Shown piece by piece: positions 37,371-51,947 of a stretch of DNA of 64,000 nt. Origin of the DNA: Eledone cirrhosa (taxonomy: Eukaryota); assembly GCA_964016885.1 (NCBI GenBank), contig OZ024744.1, forward strand, positions 94,054,001 through 94,118,000, read 5' to 3'. A program made the position numbers and the translations under genes. The notes under the pieces are model-generated. The model was given only the letters and a program-made list of their open reading frames with translations. It was not told the DNA's origin and did no database searches. How positions within the stretch are numbered: position 1 is the stretch's first letter; every line of letters begins with the position of its first letter.

Positions 37371-40300
37371 ATCATCATCATCATCATCATCATCATCATT
37401 TTACGTCCGCTCTTCCCTGCTTGCAAGGGTGGGACGGGTCTTATTCAGCACAGCATCTCTCCACTCGTCACGGTCCCTCGTCATCTCCACCGTGAGCTTC
37501 AATGATCTGAGGTCTGTTCTCACCACCTCCGCCCATGTTTTTCGTGGTCTACCTCTACCACGTCTTCCTTCAACTGGCATTTTCTGGCACTTCTTCACCC
37601 ATCGGTCATCCTCCATGCGCATCACATGTCCATACCACCTCAGTCTCCTCTCCCGTACACTACATTCTATCCCTCTCAGACACAGTTTCTCTCTCAACAC
37701 ATTTATGCTGGGTCGTTCACGCACATTTACACTGCACATCCAACGGAGCATGCTTGCCTCATTTCTCTCCAGCCGTCGCATATCTTCTGCGGTAGCTGCC
37801 CATGTCTCACTACCATGCAGCATCGCGCTCCTCACACAGGCATCATACAACCGGCCTTTCGTACGCAGGGAGAAACCCTTCTTCGTCAACAGAGGAAGCA
37901 GCTCCCTAAACTTCTTCCAACCCGTCCTTATTCTAGATACTATGGCCTCGGAACACCCTCCTCCCATGCTAATCTGATCTCCTAGGTACCGGAAGCTATC
38001 CACCACTTCTATAGCGCCCTCTCGCATTTGAAAAATGTGTCTATCAGTGCGACTTCTACTGTCTAATTTCCCTGTACATCTACTGCATACATATTTCTCC
38101 CTACCTGTTAGTTTGCCTGCTATCCCGCTACATCTCTTGTGTACCCAGGACCTACATTGTGTGCATTTTATAGAATTTATGCCAGTTCCTTTTCTGCATA
38201 TCGAACATGGCCATTTCCCTGACGGAATCAGGGTTTTGTCCTCTTTTCTACTCATCAACACTTTTGTCTTAGCTAGATTTACTCTCAGTCCTCTTGCTTC
38301 CAACTGCTGTTTCCATAGCCGGAATTTATTCTCTAGCTCCTCTACTGATTCTGCCATAAGAGCCAGATCGTCAGCATAGAGAAGTTCCCATGGACAGCCA
38401 GTCTTAAACTCCTCTGTTATGGCTTGGAGGACTATAATGAACAAGAGCGGGCTGAGGACCGAACCCTGATGTACTCCTACTTGTATCTGGAATTCCTCAC
38501 TAAACTCCATTCCTACCCTGACTTTACTGAGAGTACCTCTGTACAAAGTTTGCACTGTCCTTACAAACCATTCCTCAACACCCAGCTTCCTTAGGGACCA
38601 CCAGATGACAGATCGGGGTACCCTATCAAAGGCCTTCCATAGGTCAACAAAGGCTAAGTATAGTGGCTTATTCTTCTCTAAGAACCTCTCTTGCATTTGT
38701 CTCACCAAGAAGAGGGCATCTGTTGTACTCTTCCCAGGCACAAAACCAAACTGCATCTCATCTAGTTTGACCCTTTCTCTAATTAGTTGTGCTAAAATCC
38801 TTTCTGCCACTTTCATAACCTGATCTATCAGTTTTATACCCCTATAATTGCTCCTCTCCAAAGCATCCCCTTTACCTTTGTAGCAATTTATGAGAATACT
38901 GCTGCACCAGTCTTTGGGTATGACACCACCATATATAGCCTGATTGATTATGCGTGCAACCAGTTTAGTGCCTACGTCCCCTGATGCCTTCAGCATCTCA
39001 GCAACTATTCCCGATGGTCCGGCCGCCTTACCATTCTTCATTTCCCTAATCGCCTCTTGGACCCTATATTCGTCAATCTCAATAGCTGGTCCCTCTGTCG
39101 GATCTACCAAGGTTAATTTTTCTCTCTCCCATTCGTTCTCCACATTCATCAGTCTCTCATAATGACATTTCCAGGCCTCCTTTTTCTGGTCATTCGTGAC
39201 ACTAAGTACACCGGCATCATCCCGGACACATTTATCACCAACAACATCCTGATTTGCATTGACACACTGCCTTGCAATGTGGAACACCGCACGCCTCTGA
39301 TCTTCCCGTCGCAGAACATTGGCAAACCTCCTACTCTCTGCCTCCCTGCGTGCTAAGTACACCTGGCGTCTAGCTTCTCTCTTAGTGGCTGTATATTCTT
39401 CCCTACTCCCACCCTTATTCCAAGCCTTCCATGCTAGTCTTTTGTCTCTAATAGCCTTATCTACACTGCTGTTCCACCACCAGGTCACTCTCTGTCTGGT
39501 TGGAGCTCTGCTCCAGCCACAGGTTTCATCAGTAGCCTTCAGCAAGTTGTCACGTAAGAACTTCCAGTTATTATCTATGTCATACGTCTCTAAATCGTCT
39601 TCTTTTTCGTCATATACATCTTGAAGGGCTTTCCTAAATTTGAATTTTAGTGAAAGGTCTTTTAGCTTCCAGACCTTTCTTCTCCACACCTTCCTATATG
39701 TCTCATTCCATCTCTTGCTTACTGAGATATCACTAACAACTAACCTATGCTGTGGGGTACATTCTTCCCCAGGGTATGCCTTGGTATTAGACACTATCTG
39801 CCTGTCCCGCTGCCTAACTAGCAGGAAGTCAATCTGGCTTATGTGCTCACCAGATTTGTAGGTTATTAGGTGATTGGCAGGTTTCTGGAAGTTTGTGTTG
39901 CAAATAGTCAATGTACTTGCATCACAAAATTCAAGAAGTCTCACTCCTTCATTTCTTGAACCATAACCGTGCCCACCATGTACCCCAGTGTAACCATCCT
40001 GGAGCTGTCCAACATGACCATTGAAGTCTCCTGCTAGCATAACGATGTCTCCGTCCTCTGTCATTGTGGTTGTTTGCAAGAGTTGCTCATAAAAGCAGTC
40101 TTTCTCATCTTTGCCTAGGCCTGCTTGGGGAGCATAGACCGAGATGATTGTCAGTAGTCTCCTACCTACAACTAATCTAAGCTTAATTATTCGATTACTA
40201 ACTCGAACTACCTCTATTGTCTTATTGATCCATTTCTCAGCCAGGAAAATGCCTACTCTCCCTAACCCATCATCCTTACCTACCCAGAATAGCTTATAGC

Positions 40301-40660
40301 TAAGACGCTTGCCTACAACTAGTCTCGCAGAGGCACCTCTCCATCTCACCTCTTGCACGCAGCACACATCCACCTGCCTTCTCTCCAGCATCTCCGCTAT
40401 TTCAGCAGATCTACCTCTGAGAGTGCCAACATTAAGTGTTGCAACTCTGAGATGCGACGTCTTCATATTTTTCTATGCTGTTTTGTTGCTGTGCTGATAA
40501 GCTTTTTGGCATTGATACACTGGTTGGATGCCCTTCCTAACACCAGCGCCACTTTACAGCATGGACTGGGTGCTTTTATTTGTGCCACCAGCACTAGAGA
40601 GGATGTCTTACTAGACTCAAGGGCCCTCTCTACCCCTCCATTTTACAGCATGGTCATTTA
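37371..40660 (-). mobile_element. Full-length RTE LINE (family A)
   Basis: ~190-bp 5' UTR with GTGTTAGGAAGGGCATCC, a single intact ORF, and a stop directly followed by the (GAT)n tail. Confidence 0.95.
37401..40466 (-). CDS. RTE LINE polyprotein: APE endonuclease, reverse transcriptase, Cys-rich zinc-finger module
   Basis: 1021 aa without stops: TLNVGTL..QEVRW..YAPQ..GDFNGHVG..IDF..QHRLV; QGSVLSPLLF..YADD; CSIC..CTQC..HKRC..CSRC. Confidence 0.95.
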   Translation of the reverse strand: MKTSHLRVATLNVGTLRGRSAEIAEMLERRQVDVCCVQEVRWRGASARLVVGKRLSYKLFWVGKDDGLGRVGIFLAEKWINKTIEVVRVSNRIIKLRLVVGRRLLTIISVYAPQAGLGKDEKDCFYEQLLQTTTMTEDGDIVMLAGDFNGHVGQLQDGYTGVHGGHGYGSRNEGVRLLEFCDASTLTICNTNFQKPANHLITYKSGEHISQIDFLLVRQRDRQIVSNTKAYPGEECTPQHRLVVSDISVSKRWNETYRKVWRRKVWKLKDLSLKFKFRKALQDVYDEKEDDLETYDIDNNWKFLRDNLLKATDETCGWSRAPTRQRVTWWWNSSVDKAIRDKRLAWKAWNKGGSREEYTATKREARRQVYLARREAESRRFANVLRREDQRRAVFHIARQCVNANQDVVGDKCVRDDAGVLSVTNDQKKEAWKCHYERLMNVENEWEREKLTLVDPTEGPAIEIDEYRVQEAIREMKNGKAAGPSGIVAEMLKASGDVGTKLVARIINQAIYGGVIPKDWCSSILINCYKGKGDALERSNYRGIKLIDQVMKVAERILAQLIRERVKLDEMQFGFVPGKSTTDALFLVRQMQERFLEKNKPLYLAFVDLWKAFDRVPRSVIWWSLRKLGVEEWFVRTVQTLYRGTLSKVRVGMEFSEEFQIQVGVHQGSVLSPLLFIIVLQAITEEFKTGCPWELLYADDLALMAESVEELENKFRLWKQQLEARGLRVNLAKTKVLMSRKEDKTLIPSGKWPCSICRKGTGINSIKCTQCRSWVHKRCSGIAGKLTGREKYVCSRCTGKLDSRSRTDRHIFQMREGAIEVVDSFRYLGDQISMGGGCSEAIVSRIRTGWKKFRELLPLLTKKGFSLRTKGRLYDACVRSAMLHGSETWAATAEDMRRLERNEASMLRWMCSVNVRERPSINVLREKLCLRGIECSVRERRLRWYGHVMRMEDDRWVKKCQKMPVEGRRGRGRPRKTWAEVVRTDLRSLKLTVEMTRDRDEWRDAVLNKTRPTLASREERT

Positions 40661-41542
40661 AAAAAAAAAAAAAAAAAAAAACTTATTGACACGACTCACA
40701 CACTAATACTCATGCATACAAACCACAACCACACATACCAACACTCATTCATGCATACAATCACGTACACCACTCACAAACATATATATATATACATATA
40801 TTACCGACAGTACTGATACAAAATCAAAATCAAAGTCAAAATCGTCAAAATCACTATCATGTCAACTGTTGACCTTTCCCAGTCCAGTTCGGCTTGTATA
40901 TAATAACAATAACAATAATAATTGTTTGTTTACGCTGGTAATGGCGGTGGTGGATGGTGTCAGTGTGGTGGTGGTGGATGGTATCAGCGTGGTGGTGGTG
41001 GATGGTCAGTGATGGTGGTGGCAGTTGTTGGTGCTGTAGTTGTTACTGTTGTTGTTGTCCTTCATTTCACTGCTGCTGTTGCTGCAGACAATGGTGTTGA
41101 TGCTGTTATTGCTGTCGCATATATACAAATACATACACACACATTCAACACAGACGATGGTGTTGTTGCTGTTGTTGTTGTTGTTGTTGGTGTTGTTGTT
41201 GTAGTTGTTGCTGTGTTGAAATCTGGTCGCATCCACTGAGATATACATATACACACACATACACATATGTATATACACATACATACATCAAAAGAGAGTC
41301 AGCAGTATGTCAACAGGGGACAGGACAGCGACCTTAGAGTAATGTGGTGATGGTGGGGAGCGAGTGTAGGCGTTATTGTTATTGTGGTGACGGGGGGGTC
41401 AGTGAGATGTTACAAGTTCATAGATCACTTCTCTCTTTTCCTCTCTCTTCAAAATTTTGAATTTATGGCCTTTTGCAATGGCGGACAAGTATATATAATA
41501 TATATATATATGAAGCAAAGAAAAGAAAATTTTCACTGATAT

Positions 41543-41845
41543 GAAAGATTTCCTGGTAGAAGTTCAGGTGTATTCAGTGATTGGTATCCAGTTTCGGGGT
41601 ATCCAATTAGAAAATCCAACGAATCTTTAAGAGGGGTCCACGCAACCATTGATATATATATCTATATATGTAAAATGCAAGCAGAAATGACAACGAAAGA
41701 TTTCCTGGTAGAAGTTCAGGTGTATTCAGTGTTGGTATCCAGTGTTGGGGTATCCAATTAGAAAATCCAACGAATTTTTGAGAGGGGCCCACGCAAGCAT
41801 ATATATAGATATATATATGTATATATGCAAAATGCAAGCAGAAAT
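41543..41845. repeat. Tandem duplication, ~152-bp unit, two copies
   Basis: GAAAGATTTCCTGGTAGAAGTTCAGGTGTATTCAGTG at 41543 and 41695. Confidence 0.85.
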
Positions 41846-42070
41846 AGAAATAGCAACACATATACTAATGAACATACATTAAACACAGAGGGACTGTAAA
41901 TGATAATAGCAATATCTAGATATAAATATATAAATGTACATATCTCTATTGGTCTCATAAATTTTAAATTTTCTCTTTCCTCTTGTGTGCGTGTAGCAAC
42001 ACGTGGTTGTGTGTTGCTGCTTACTCTAGCAGAGCCCAAGAAAACGCGTCTTGCCCTAACAGCTGCTGCT

Positions 42071-44385
<2,315 letters not shown>

Positions 44386-44570
44386 AATCAAAATATTAAC
44401 AAAAGTAGACATTCGTGTGATCAAGTATATTTTATTATACATATTTCAGAGGTACTGAGCTAACTTCAACAGTTCGTCCTCATCTATTGTAAAACTCATT
44501 CTTTGATTTATTCATTGAACCTTGTTTAACCTTTAAATATATATGTATATATATATATAAATATAACCTT

Positions 44571-44616
<46 letters not shown>

Positions 44617-44871
44617 TATATACATATATATAAATATATACATGCACACATACACACAAATATACACAGAGGCACATACACACACACATACACATATATC
44701 TATATATATATATATCCATACATAAATACACCAACACATATATATATATATATATATACATACAAATATAAATGAGAGGTATTGTTTTAGCAAGAAGCTA
44801 ACGGCATTCTATAACATATATGCGACTATAACGTCAAGATGGGAAAAGTAGTTAACGAAAGATTTACATGC

Positions 44872-44902
<31 letters not shown>

Positions 44903-45270
44903 CGTAGGTGTCACGACAAAAAAACACACAGTCCACGCTGTAAATGTGGCCGTGTAGGCAATACGGTAAAAACCTCCCAGCCCCACACTGTAAATGTGGT
45001 TGGTGTTAGGAAGGGCATCCAGCTGTAGAAAACCCGCCAGACAGTCCACGCTGTAATGTGGCCGTGTAGGCAACACGGTAAAAACCTCCCAGCCCCACAC
45101 TGTAAATGTGGTTGGTGTTAGGAAGGGCATCCAACTGTAGAAAACCCGCTAGACAGTCCTATGCGAGCAAGACAACCACTCTTGCCTCAAGTGGGAAAAC
45201 CCCCGTCCAAACCCATGCAAACGTGGAACACGGACGCTAAACCTGATGATGATGATGATGATGATGATGA
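44903..45270 (+). mobile_element. RTE family B 3' UTR / bipartite non-autonomous element with ~112-bp internal tandem duplication
   Basis: CAGTCCACGCTGTAA..GGAAGGGCATCC..GAAAACCCGC occurs twice, then the RTE 3' end and (GAT)n. Confidence 0.8.
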
Positions 45271-45551
45271 TACATATATATACACATACACATACATACA
45301 TACATACACACACACATACATACACACATATATATATACACATAGATGCATACGTACTCACATATAAAAGGATACATATGCACACATACAAATAAAAATA
45401 AATAATCATAATAGGCCATCACATAAAAAATAAGGATTAAGAAAATAAAAAAATAAAAAAATAAAAAAATAAAAAAATAAAAAAATAAAAAAATAAAAAA
45501 AATAAAAAAAAATAAAAAAATATTATTAAGTTGACAGCGATACAAGACGGC

Positions 45552-45600
<49 letters not shown>

Positions 45601-45876
45601 TTTCATTTATTAGCCACAAGGGCCGACATGTAGGGGACAATACAAAGACAGGGACAGCGGGGGTTTACAATAAGGTCGAGTAAAAGTGCACAATGGCAAG
45701 ACTAATTTAACAATGAAAATATAAAAATATAAAATAAACTATGCATAAATATAACAAAATAAATTCCCCGATAGGGGGTGGACGACCCTGGGGTGATTCG
45801 GGTACCCCACCAATCCTGAACCACCCTGCGCTTCTAGGGCACCCAGGAGAGCACCCCTCTCCTCAAGTTAGCCAGC

Positions 45877-48800
45877 CTATAGGCGCATGGTCAGAGTAGG
45901 CCCATTCACACGAGCCATTCTCGCCACATTCACCCACCTTTTAGCAAATGTACTGGGGGGCAGCACTTCTCTCTCCACCCTCACCCTCCTTTCCAGGTGA
46001 AACTTTAAGAAGTTGATGAGGGATTGGCCGAAGAGAAAAGTGTCTGTCTTTAGTCCTTTCAACCTGGTCCACCATATAATCTCTTTCGTAACTGCCACCA
46101 GACAGAGGAATATTTCCTGCCCTTCCTGACCTAAGGAAGGTGGCGGGCTTCACTATGGACTCGGCCGATAGCCGGATTCGTTCCACACGCGACAGTAGCT
46201 GTTCGACATAACTCCACAAGTCAGTAATGCACGGACATTGGACAAGTGCGTGCAGAACGGTTTCGTCGTTCTGTACGCATCTTGGGCAGGTCCGTCTGAC
46301 AGCACTTCCGTGCCTGTAGAGTTTATCCCGAACCGGCAGTGACCCCCCCGGTAACACTGCCAAGCGAGAGATTTCTGGAAATTGTCCATCGTCCCCGGCT
46401 CAAAAGTCCTCCGGTACAGACTGGTCAGTTCGACTTCGTTGAGGCCCAAAGCTTCTCCGAGTGCGTCATCGCACTTGCCCACCACTAATCCTTATAGAAC
46501 TCGAGAGTGGAAGTTCCACTGATCGCATTGCCCGCTTGGTAGAGGGCAGTGAGTGCCTGGCAACATTCCAGGTGCCAGTCACCCAGTCTCGGTCTCTTCT
46601 TGACCCAGGACTGCAGCTCAGTCAAAGAAATGAGCTGCGGAAAGGCCCGTCTGATAAACGGCGACCACACCTGTTCACCATTGAGGCAGAATATCTGGAG
46701 ATGTCGCAGCCTCAACGCATGTCTGCGCATCATTAGCCACGGCATGCCCAGCCCTCCGCGTAGAGGGTGCTGGCAGCAGATGGACCACCTCACCAACGGA
46801 ACTTGTCCCCTCCACAAGAATTTGAAGAGGAGCCGTTCCAACTTGACGAGGCGCGGACGGGGGCAAGGCACGACGGTTAGGCGGTAGTAGATGACGGACG
46901 CGATGTATGCATTCGCCACCTCCGCGCGACCTTTCAGTGATAGCTTTCTCCCAGCCCGTTTTTGGGTGAGACTGGCTACTCTGCTCGTTACCTCGTCCCA
47001 ATTCTTTTCCACCTGGAGGTCTGGTCCGAACCAAACCCCGAGCAACTTTACCGGTCCGTCCGTCCAGCGCCCCACGACGCTGTTGGACAGCATGGGCTTG
47101 CCTCTCCAGGTTCCGAGCTGCAAGCCCACCGACTTTTCCGGGTTAAGTTTGGCTTCTGTCAACCTTTCATATTCCTTCAATAAGGTGCCAACCACCTCGA
47201 TTTCTGAGGTGTTCGACACCATCACGGTGATGTCGTCAGCATAAGTCGACACCGCCTTTCCACGTCCCGGTTCGAGCGGGATGCCCTGCAACAGCTCTAG
47301 CTTCCGCAGGAAAGGCTCGAGAGTCAATACGTACAGAAGGGAAGAGAGAGGGCACCCTTGACGGACCGATCGGGAGAGCCAAAATGGTTCCGAGAGGTGG
47401 CCATTAACCTTGACCACCGAGCGTGTCCCTCTTGTTCTCATCTTTCCTTATCAGCGTCACCACTCCCCTGCTCACAGAACTGGGAATACTCCCATTCTGC
47501 TGCCAGTTGCAGTAGAGTGCTTCGAGGAGTTCGGAGAACAAGTCTGGCATATTTACGTAAAGCTCGTAGGGCAGGCCATCCAAACCGGGTGACTTGCGCC
47601 TCATGCAGCCAACAAGGGTGTCCTGAATTTCGGCTGAAGTAATCGGCCTTTCGCAGCGCTCAGCGTCGACCGTCGAGATGCGCGGCAAGCCGTCAAGGTA
47701 GGGACTGAAATCCGCTACTCTCTCTGACTCGCCACTCTCCCTGAACAACCGAGCAAAGTGCTGGCGAAAGGCCTCACACATCCGCTTGGAATCGCTTATC
47801 TCGTGTCCGTCTCGGTCCGCCAAAGACCGAATTGTGGTTTTATTACCACGCTGCGCCTCCACCACGCAGGCCCATCGAACAGCTTTAGTTCCCTCGTTTC
47901 TCAGCGCACGCGCCTTAGCTCTGACAATGCAACCTTCGTGTTTGGCATTGAAGAAATGGTCTAATGCCATTCTCGCCGCTAGCACATCAGTTGCGATGCC
48001 ACTACAAATAGCCTCGTCTAACTTATCTACCAGCTCCCCCTCCTTTCTATTTTTCTCTAATGCTAGTTCTTTGCTGAACTCTATCGAAGTTACTCTAATC
48101 TCTCTTTTGAGAGCCCCTCACCATCTGTTGTTCATGAACCCCCCTGTCAACTTTTGCTTAACTAACTTGTTGACTCGGTCCCTGTAAGCCTTACGTGCCG
48201 GAAATGACATGTTCAGCTTCCAGTAACCCAGTCCTAACCTACGCGTTTTATTTAGGTCGACCGTACAGATCACAAATTTGTGATCTGAATAGGCGACCGT
48301 TTTAAAAAGTGGACAGCCCACACTATTTCTATCTATTTTCCTAATGAAGATCCTGTCTATATACAATCTAGATGACCCCATCCGGTTGGTCCATGTCCAT
48401 ACTGGCACATTGGGGAAATCTAGTCGATACCTGTCAGACAGTTGGAACTGGCTGAGTAGGTGCTTGAGGCTTTTGCACCCCCCGCTCCTATCGGCTACTC
48501 CCACACAATCCCAGCGTGCGTCTAAGATGCCATTCCAGTCCCCCGCTAACAGTAAAGAGCGAGACGTACCCAGAAAGGTCTCCAGGCGCCTAAAGAAGTC
48601 AGGTCGTCCGGCCCCTCTAGGGGCGTAGATGGCCAGCAGTCTAAAGGCACCACCTTCGCTACTGCTCACATCCAAGACCACCAACTTACCGTCCGGGTCC
48701 CGGAAGATCGACCTTACCTCGAGATCCAGTCCTTTCCTAAACAGCACTGCCACCCCACCCCCCATACCCAGCCTGCTAACAGATGTGAAGATCTGATAGT

Positions 48801-48960
48801 CGTCGAAAATGGGGGCTAGTGCGCGCGTGTCGGAAATTCTGGTCTCACTGACGGCAATCACATCCATTTCTAGCGACCGGAGGTCGTTGAGCAGGCGACC
48901 CTGCTTCCAGGGTGACCCCAGGCTGCGAACATTTAAACTTCCTACTCTTAATATGGCCAT
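45877..48960 (-). pseudogene. Tx1 ORF2 (APE endonuclease, RT, C-terminal CCHC), disrupted
   Basis: SLNVRSL..SET..YAP..GDWN..IDR..SDH; KSPGLDGL; RQGCPLS..YADD; CPRC..ET..H..C. Nonsense codon at 48118, internal deletion near 47430 and further frameshifts. Confidence 0.9.
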
Positions 48961-48969
48961 ATTGGTAAG

Positions 48970-50814
48970 CTAAGAGAGAGAGAGGGAAGGTTTACTTACC
49001 TCTCGAGTCTTGTGAAGGTCGGGTGGTTCGACCTCCATGGTTGGTGGGGTTTCTTTTGGGAACCCCTTTAAAAGTCTTGATGTGGGTTTCACATTCGGAG
49101 TTCCCACGTCTTGAGGAAAGCTCTCTCGAATTTCTTTGAAGGAATTGAGTGACATTCGGGCCAGAAGCAAATCTTCTGGCACGCAAAATGTGCTCACTTC
49201 AAAAATCTCCCCCTCTGTTTGAATGTCCTCGCTTCGCGCTAAGAGGGCCATCAGTTTATCGTTGGCCCTTCTGACAAGCACGAAGTTTTTAACATTTTGT
49301 TGGTGTGGTTTTATTTGTTTTTGTTTTGGTGAAGGTGGTGGCGATGGTTTTGGTGGTGTTGTTTCGGGTATGTCTATGTTTGTTGTAGGTGTGGTGTCTG
49401 CAATTTCAGGTATTTGTGTGTTTATTTGTACTTGTGTTTGTTTAGGTTGTTTGCGTTTCAGGGATTGTGGGGGTGGTGTCGATGTTGCTGTTGGTGCTGA
49501 TGTTATTGGGGAAGTGTTTGCGTTAGTGGTGTCTGTATTTTTTGTTGTGTGTGTTTTTGTGTTTTGTTGGGGCTTTTTTTTTGTGAGTTTTCTCTGTTTT
49601 TTTGCACTTTTGGGTTTTCCTTCATCTTCGCTGCTGGAAGACAAAGGGTCTGTAGCTGTGAGTGTCTCTGTGTCTGTGTGTGCGTTTATTGTTTTTGTTG
49701 ATGTTGATTTTGGTGGTGGTGGTGCAGCTTTCCGTGCTGACACTGGCGTTGGCAACAAAGGAGGTTTGCGACCCCCTGCATTTTTGCGCTGAGGGCAGAA
49801 GACTTGCAGATGCGTTGCTTCCCCGCAGACAAAGCAGTGTGGCCTTCTTCCGTCAATCATTAGTTGGATTGTTGTCCCATCCTGCAGGCGGGCAAAATCC
49901 GGGATGTTATTCATATCTTCCGGTTTCATTTGGAGAAGAATCTCCAAATCCATTCCGGACCAGTCCTCTCTCTCTGTCCTTTTGATGTCTAGGAGGGCAG
50001 TGTCTGTCCCCTCCTCGATTACGCATCCCAGCAGCCACCATATGTTCATTCCTAGTGGGATGTTGGGAATGCGTACTTTCGCTGTCCTTTTACCCATATA
50101 GGATGGATGCATGATAATGCGTTCCGTTCTGCAGGGGGTCACCGAGTGCTTAATAGCGAGGGCCTCGGTTTTGAACAGTACCGAGATGGTACCGAACTGT
50201 TTGCCTCTTGCTTTGTACTCTATGTTACTTCCGATGTACTCCAAAGCAGCCTCTAGCTCTGCTTGGCTCGCAAGTTCCACTTTTCGTATCTGCACCGAAA
50301 TACATCGAAAGAGCACCATCCTCCTTTGCATGGCCGCTATTGCCTCATCCGGGATGGTCAGGTTTGCCCAGGACTTCTCCCGTTTAATTAGCCTCCACGC
50401 TTTGGCCAACTGTTCGTCTTTATCGCTAATATCAATATCAATATTCAATAAGCGCTTTGTTTTTGCTGCTGCTGCAGCAAATGTGGTGTTTCTGATGCTC
50501 TTATTGTTGTTGTTGTCATTCTTGCTGTTGCCACCGCCATCCTTGTTTACATTGAAGCTCTCGGTGTTATTGTCGTTATTGCTCTGAGTTGTTGTTGTGG
50601 TGGTGGTGGTGGCGGTGGTGGTGATGTTGTTTTCAGATGATACTGATGCTATCACAGAAGGTTGTGATGATAGCTTTTGTGTTTTGCCTTCACATTCAGT
50701 AGAGTGGATGACAGGCATGACTGTAGCCGTCATAGTCGTGGTGAAATCTACAGTGGCTGCCTTTAAACTTTTGACCTGAACGTTGTTTACCATTTCAAGG
50801 TCGAAAATTTCCAT
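48970..50814 (-). CDS. Tx1 ORF1 nucleic-acid-binding protein with CCHC zinc knuckle
   Basis: 614-aa open frame with CFVCGEATHLQVFC and low-complexity T/P/K regions. Confidence 0.85.
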   Translation of the reverse strand: MEIFDLEMVNNVQVKSLKAATVDFTTTMTATVMPVIHSTECEGKTQKLSSQPSVIASVSSENNITTTATTTTTTTTQSNNDNNTESFNVNKDGGGNSKNDNNNNKSIRNTTFAAAAAKTKRLLNIDIDISDKDEQLAKAWRLIKREKSWANLTIPDEAIAAMQRRMVLFRCISVQIRKVELASQAELEAALEYIGSNIEYKARGKQFGTISVLFKTEALAIKHSVTPCRTERIIMHPSYMGKRTAKVRIPNIPLGMNIWWLLGCVIEEGTDTALLDIKRTEREDWSGMDLEILLQMKPEDMNNIPDFARLQDGTTIQLMIDGRRPHCFVCGEATHLQVFCPQRKNAGGRKPPLLPTPVSARKAAPPPPKSTSTKTINAHTDTETLTATDPLSSSSEDEGKPKSAKKQRKLTKKKPQQNTKTHTTKNTDTTNANTSPITSAPTATSTPPPQSLKRKQPKQTQVQINTQIPEIADTTPTTNIDIPETTPPKPSPPPSPKQKQIKPHQQNVKNFVLVRRANDKLMALLARSEDIQTEGEIFEVSTFCVPEDLLLARMSLNSFKEIRESFPQDVGTPNVKPTSRLLKGFPKETPPTMEVEPPDLHKTREVSKPSLSLS

Positions 50815-51091
50815 AATTTTCTTTTGGTAGGGAAGCGATTTTTTTCGAAAGTTTTAAAAATAAATCTGAATATTCGGGCTTAAAGCCCGAATATTGAGAG
50901 GTATCCCTCTCTTTAAATCAAGATGTGTACCTTAAGTTTCGTTAACGACAAGAAAATACAAAAAAAGACACTTTAAAACAACTTAAAGTTACGAACCTTT
51001 TCCCCCGCAGATTTGTACTGTCTTCACACATAATAATAATAATAATAATAAATGACCAAATGCATGTGGTAAGCAAATGCACAAAAAAAAC

Positions 51092-51164
<73 letters not shown>

Positions 51165-51477
51165 GTGTACATACACACACACACACATATACACATGCGC
51201 ACACACACACATATATATATACACACACACATACGCATACATAAAATATACAAGCACACCCCATACATATAAACACAGCACAGACACAAAAGAGTAATAT
51301 ACATACAAATACATATACACGCACACATAAATGTATACAACCACATACACACATATAGTAAAAGTTTCTTAAAGATAAAAACATAAATATAAACTATAAA
51401 GTTTCATACACACATACGCATAAGTACGTACACACACACGCACATACACATATATATATATACATATATACATGTAA

Positions 51478-51508
<31 letters not shown>

Positions 51509-51631
51509 GACACACATATATATATATATACACATACACGCACACATATACATAATTATATACATACATACACACATATACGATACCATCAACACTATAC
51601 ACACAGAGCTGGCATATCTAAGAACTGACTA

Positions 51632-51687
51632 ACTGCCTGATGAGGTCATAGCCATTCAATGGCTATCATCGAAATATATATAGCAGT
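51632..51687 (+). ncRNA. Type I hammerhead ribozyme upstream of the PLE ORF
   Basis: ACTGC-CTGATGA-..ATAGCCATTCAATGGCTAT..-GAAA-TATATA-TA-GCAGT. Confidence 0.8.
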
Positions 51688-51728
51688 AAATAAAGGATTA
51701 TGAGTTCATGCAATTGACTTATGTTTCG

Positions 51729-51821
<93 letters not shown>

Positions 51822-51947
51822 AATATATTAAAAAAATTATTTTCAATTTTATGTATATATATATATATATATACATAACTATAAATAGTATCTTTAATAT
51901 TATTAACTGCTCCATACTGTTGAGTTAACATACATTAAATTACCAGT

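Larger units (their letters stand above)
45553..51030 (-). mobile_element. Tx1 (L1-group) non-LTR retrotransposon, full span
   Basis: ORF1 plus APE-RT ORF2 separated by 9 nt. (ATT)n tracts at both ends. Confidence 0.9.

Noticed and set aside
37363-39861. Plus-strand ORFs overlapping the RTE (and similar antisense ORFs over Tx1, Helitron and PLE)
   Set aside because: Shadow frames antisense to recognisable transposon coding sequence.
40805-40900. Minus-strand MIVILTILTLILILYQYC followed by a GT donor, resembling a signal-peptide first exon
   Set aside because: The hydrophobicity comes from a (GATTTT)n repeat, and its phase-2 end does not fit the phase-0 downstream exons. Not supportable without RNA data.
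40922-41284. Gly/Val- or Thr/Gln-rich ORFs
   Set aside because: (GGT)n and (GTT)n trinucleotide low-complexity sequence.
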